The notes below the pieces were generated by a model that worked only from the letters and a program-made list of their open reading frames with translations, did no database searches and was not told where the DNA came from. Below, one piece after another: positions 60,756 through 64,000 of a DNA stretch of 64,000 nucleotides. How positions within the stretch are numbered: position 1 is the stretch's first letter; every line of letters starts with the position of its first letter. The translations under genes were made by a program, and so were the position numbers. The stretch spans positions 11,782,001 through 11,846,000 of the forward strand of contig NC_087437.1 in NCBI RefSeq assembly GCF_036321535.1. Direction: 5' to 3'. The DNA is from Camelus dromedarius. Taxonomy: Eukaryota.

Positions 60756-63385
60756 TTGACATATAACATCGTGTAAGTTTAAGGTGTAAAAAACTGTTGA
60801 TTTGATACATTTAGACATTGCAACGTGATTGCCATTGTCCTTTAGCTAACACCTCTGTCACATCACCTAATAATTTCTTTTTTTGTGGTAGGAATACTTA
60901 AAATCTAATCTCTTAGCAAGTTTGATTTTTTAATACAGTGTTGTTGTCTATGATCTCTATGCTGTGCATTAGGTACCCAGGACTTATTTATGTACTGGTG
61001 ACAAGTTTGTCTCCTTAAACAATATCTGTCCTATTTCCCTTCCACCCCCTGACCGACTGAAGGCCCTGGTAACCACCACTCTGTTTTTATGAGTCTGACT
61101 GTTTTAGATTCCACACATAAGTGATATCATACAGTATTTGTCTTTCTCTGTCTGAGTTACTCACTTAATGTAATGTCCTCAAGGTCCATCCATGTTGTTG
61201 CAAATGGCATGATTTCCTCCCTTTTTATGGCTGAATAATATTTCATTATATCTCTATATATTTATCCATTCATCCATTGACACACACTTGGGTTATTCCC
61301 ATATCTTGGCTATCGTGAATAATGCAGCAAAAACATGATAATGCAGGTATCTCTTTGAGACCCTGTTTTCATTTTCTTGCGTATATTCCCAGAAGTGGAA
61401 TTGCTGGATCATATGGTTGTTCTGTTTTTAATTATTTGAGGAACCTCCATACTGTTTTCCATAGTGGCTGAATCAATTTATATTCCCATCAACAGTGTAC
61501 TCAGGGTCTCCTTTTTCCACATTCTCACTGGAACCTATTGTGTCTTGTGTTTTGGATGATAGCTTTTGTCTCAGATGTGTGGTTTTGATTTGCATTTCCC
61601 TGGTGATCAGTGATGTTGAGCATCTTTTCTTGTACCTACTGGCCATTTGGATGTCTTTTTTTAAAATGTCTATTTAGTTCCTCTATCCATTTTTTAATCG
61701 AAGTGTTTTATTATTGTTGTCATTCAGTTGTATCAGTTCCTTACATATTTTGGATGTTAACCCCTTATTCAATATGTGGTGTTCAAATATTTTCTCCTAT
61801 TCTATAGGTTGACTTTTCATTTCATTGATTTTTTTTTCTTTGCAGAAGCTTGTAAGTTTGATGCAGTCCTACTTGTTCATTTTTGCTTTTGCTATTGGTG
61901 CTTTTGGTGTCACATCCAAAAAAAACCATTGCCAAAACCAATGTCAGGGGGCTTCTTTTTGATGTTTTCTTCTTATGGTATCAGGTCTTATGTTTAAGTC
62001 TTTGATCCATTGTTAGTTTTTTTGTGAGTGGTGTAAGATAGGGGTTCAATTTCACTTTTCTGCATAGATTTCTCCAATTGTCCCAATATAATTTGTTGAA
62101 GAGACCATTCTTTCTCTGGGTGCTCTTGGCTACTTTGTCAAATATTAGTTGACTGTGTACATGGAGGTTTAATTCCGTTGCATTATATGTTTAATATATG
62201 GGCTCTCTATTCTGGTCCATTGGTTTCTATGTCTGTTTTTATGCCAGTACTGTACTGTTTCATTACTATAGCTTTCTAGTCTAGTTTAAAATCAGGACAT
62301 GTAATGCCTCTGGCTTTGTTCTTCTTTCACAGAATTGATTTGGCTATTTGGGGTCTTATGTGGTTCCATACAGATTTTAGAACTGCTTTTTCTATATATG
62401 TGAAAAAATGCCATTGGAATTTTGATAGGGATTGCATTGAATCTGTAGATGGCTTTGGATAGTATGGACATTTTAACAATATTAATTCTTTCAATCTATG
62501 AACGCAGAATGCATTTTCATTTGCTTCTGCCTTTGATTTCTTTCAACAAAGTTTTGTAGTTTTAATTGGATAGAATTTCACTTCCTTTGTTAAATTTATT
62601 CCTAAGTGTTTTTACTGTTTTTGATGACATTGTGAATAGAATTGTTTTATTTCTTTTTCAGATGTTTCACTGTTCATGTATAGAAATACAACTAATTTCT
62701 GTGTGTTGACTTTATATCCCGAAACTTTACTGAACTTGATTAATTCTAATAGTTTTTTAGTTGAGTCTTTGGGATTATCTATATATGAAATTTTATTATA
62801 TGCAAATAATGACAATTTTACTTCTTTTTTTCTCATTTGGATCCTTATGTTTCTTTTTCTTGCTTGATTGCTCTAGCTGTGACATCCAGTACTATTTGAG
62901 TAAGAGTGATGAGAGTGGCAGCCTTGTCTTGCTCCTGCTCTTAGAGGAAAAGCTTTCAATTTTTCATCATTGAGTATGATGTTAGCTGTGGGCTTGTCCT
63001 CTATGGATTTTATTATGTTGATGTATGTTTCTTCTATACCCAGTCTGTTGAAGATTTTTACCAGGTAAGGGCATTGTATTTTGTCAGATGATTTTTCTGC
63101 ATCCTTTGAGATGACCATGTGATCTTTATCTTTCATTCTATTACAATGTGGTGCATAATGTTTACTGAGTTTTGTATGTTGAACTATCTTTGCATTCCAG
63201 AGGTAAGTCCTGCTTGGTCATGGTGTACAATCCTTCTAATACATTCTTGGATTTTGATATTATTTGATTGTTTGATATTATTTTGTTGAAGGTTTAAAAA
63301 TCTATATTGATTAGGTTATTGGTCTATAGTTCTCTTTTCTTGTAGTGTCCATATCTGGCTTTAGCATTAGGGTGATGTTAGCCAG
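60751..63385 (-). mobile_element. L1MA9-like 5'-truncated L1 (3' UTR plus ORF2 RT and C-terminus), inserted in an L2
   Basis: ORFs 62873-63136(-) ([16 protein letters not shown]...KPTANIILN...RQGC) and 62612-62836(-) (EVKLSLFAYN...FSKVSGYKVN) are frameshifted RT, with catalytic FADD mutated to FAYN. L2 sequence flanks both sides. Confidence 0.92.
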
Positions 63386-63439
63386 GTTATTTCCAACTCA
63401 AAGGTCACCTACTTGAAGAGGTTTCTCTGACTACTGTTC

Positions 63440-63867
63440 TTGAATTTGCCATAAACACACTAGGATAGATAGATTTCAAAAATGGTGGCAATTTTTCATC
63501 CCTGTCTGTTTCCATACCTCTTAAGTTTTCAGCTCTTCCCATCAACAAGTGGAATTTTGTAGATTTGATATGGCCAACAGAATGAAACCAAAGTGACATG
63601 AGAGCAAGCATGGCCTGTTGGCAGATGACAGTCCATGTGGAGGAGAGCCCAGTTGCCTCAACATAGATCAGCTGATCCCCATACATGTAAGAGGCTCTAG
63701 CCAAGATCAGTAGAACCATCAACCCGACATGTAGCTGACCACTGAGAAATGAGTGAGGCTGGCTGAGTCCAGAAGAATTATCAGCTGATCTGTAGTGATA
63801 ATGAAGGCTTGTTGTTTTAGGTCACTGAATTTTGGGATAATTGTTTACACAGTAATAGCTAACTGAT
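63440..63867 (+). mobile_element. MLT1 (G-J-like) LTR inserted in the same L2
   Basis: TGGCCAACAGAATG...GGCTTGTTGTTTTAGGTCACTGAATTTTGGGATAATTGTTTACACAGTAATAGCTAACTGAT. Confidence 0.7.
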
Positions 63868-64000
63868 TAATTCACCACTTTATATTTCTTACCATTATCT
63901 GAAGTTATCTTGCATATTTATTCATCTGTTAGACTCTTCCACTATAAAGTAAGCTCTCTGCTGGCCCTGGTAACCCAGCCCCTAAACTAATACGTGATAA

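Noticed and set aside
60547..60759. Poly-leucine membrane-peptide ORF
   Set aside because: It is the translation of the (TTA)n microsatellite
62612..63136. Reverse transcriptase ORFs as a functional gene
   Set aside because: Frameshifted L1 ORF2 fossil with the catalytic FADD motif mutated to FAYN
1..64000. CRISPR array, prokaryotic or phage system, or non-retroviral endogenous viral element
   Set aside because: No regularly spaced repeat-spacer structure, no gene-dense block and no viral protein motifs were seen; composition is mammalian repeat-rich DNA throughout

Overview
Mammalian nuclear DNA, most likely from a camelid (alpaca, llama or camel), inferred from three tRNA-Ala-derived vic-1-type SINEs and artiodactyl-type L1 3' ends. 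No protein-coding gene, true RNA gene or prokaryotic element can be supported. The only ORFs with recognisable homology are decayed L1 ORF1/ORF2 remnants; a hAT transposase remnant is also visible by manual translation. The window is an intron-like or intergenic stretch dominated by transposon fossils: a both-ends-intact, TSD-flanked ancient L1 with an internal ORF2 deletion, many other L1 fragments, L2/MIR, MaLR (MLT1) and ERVL LTRs, four ERV1-type solo LTRs, and hAT DNA transposons. The best leads are regulatory or structural. They include a MER41-like LTR with an intact GAS site, an ancient local duplication (8.75 kb and 10.57 kb) whose first copy resembles a terminal exon, a repeat-poor island with clustered ETS/AP-1/STAT motifs, CTCF sites, candidate non-coding exons, and a strong minus-strand bias of L1 and ERV1 insertions. 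Repeat subfamily names come from recalled consensus sequences, not a database search. Boundaries are approximate unless a TSD is quoted. I found no convincing novel biological system.
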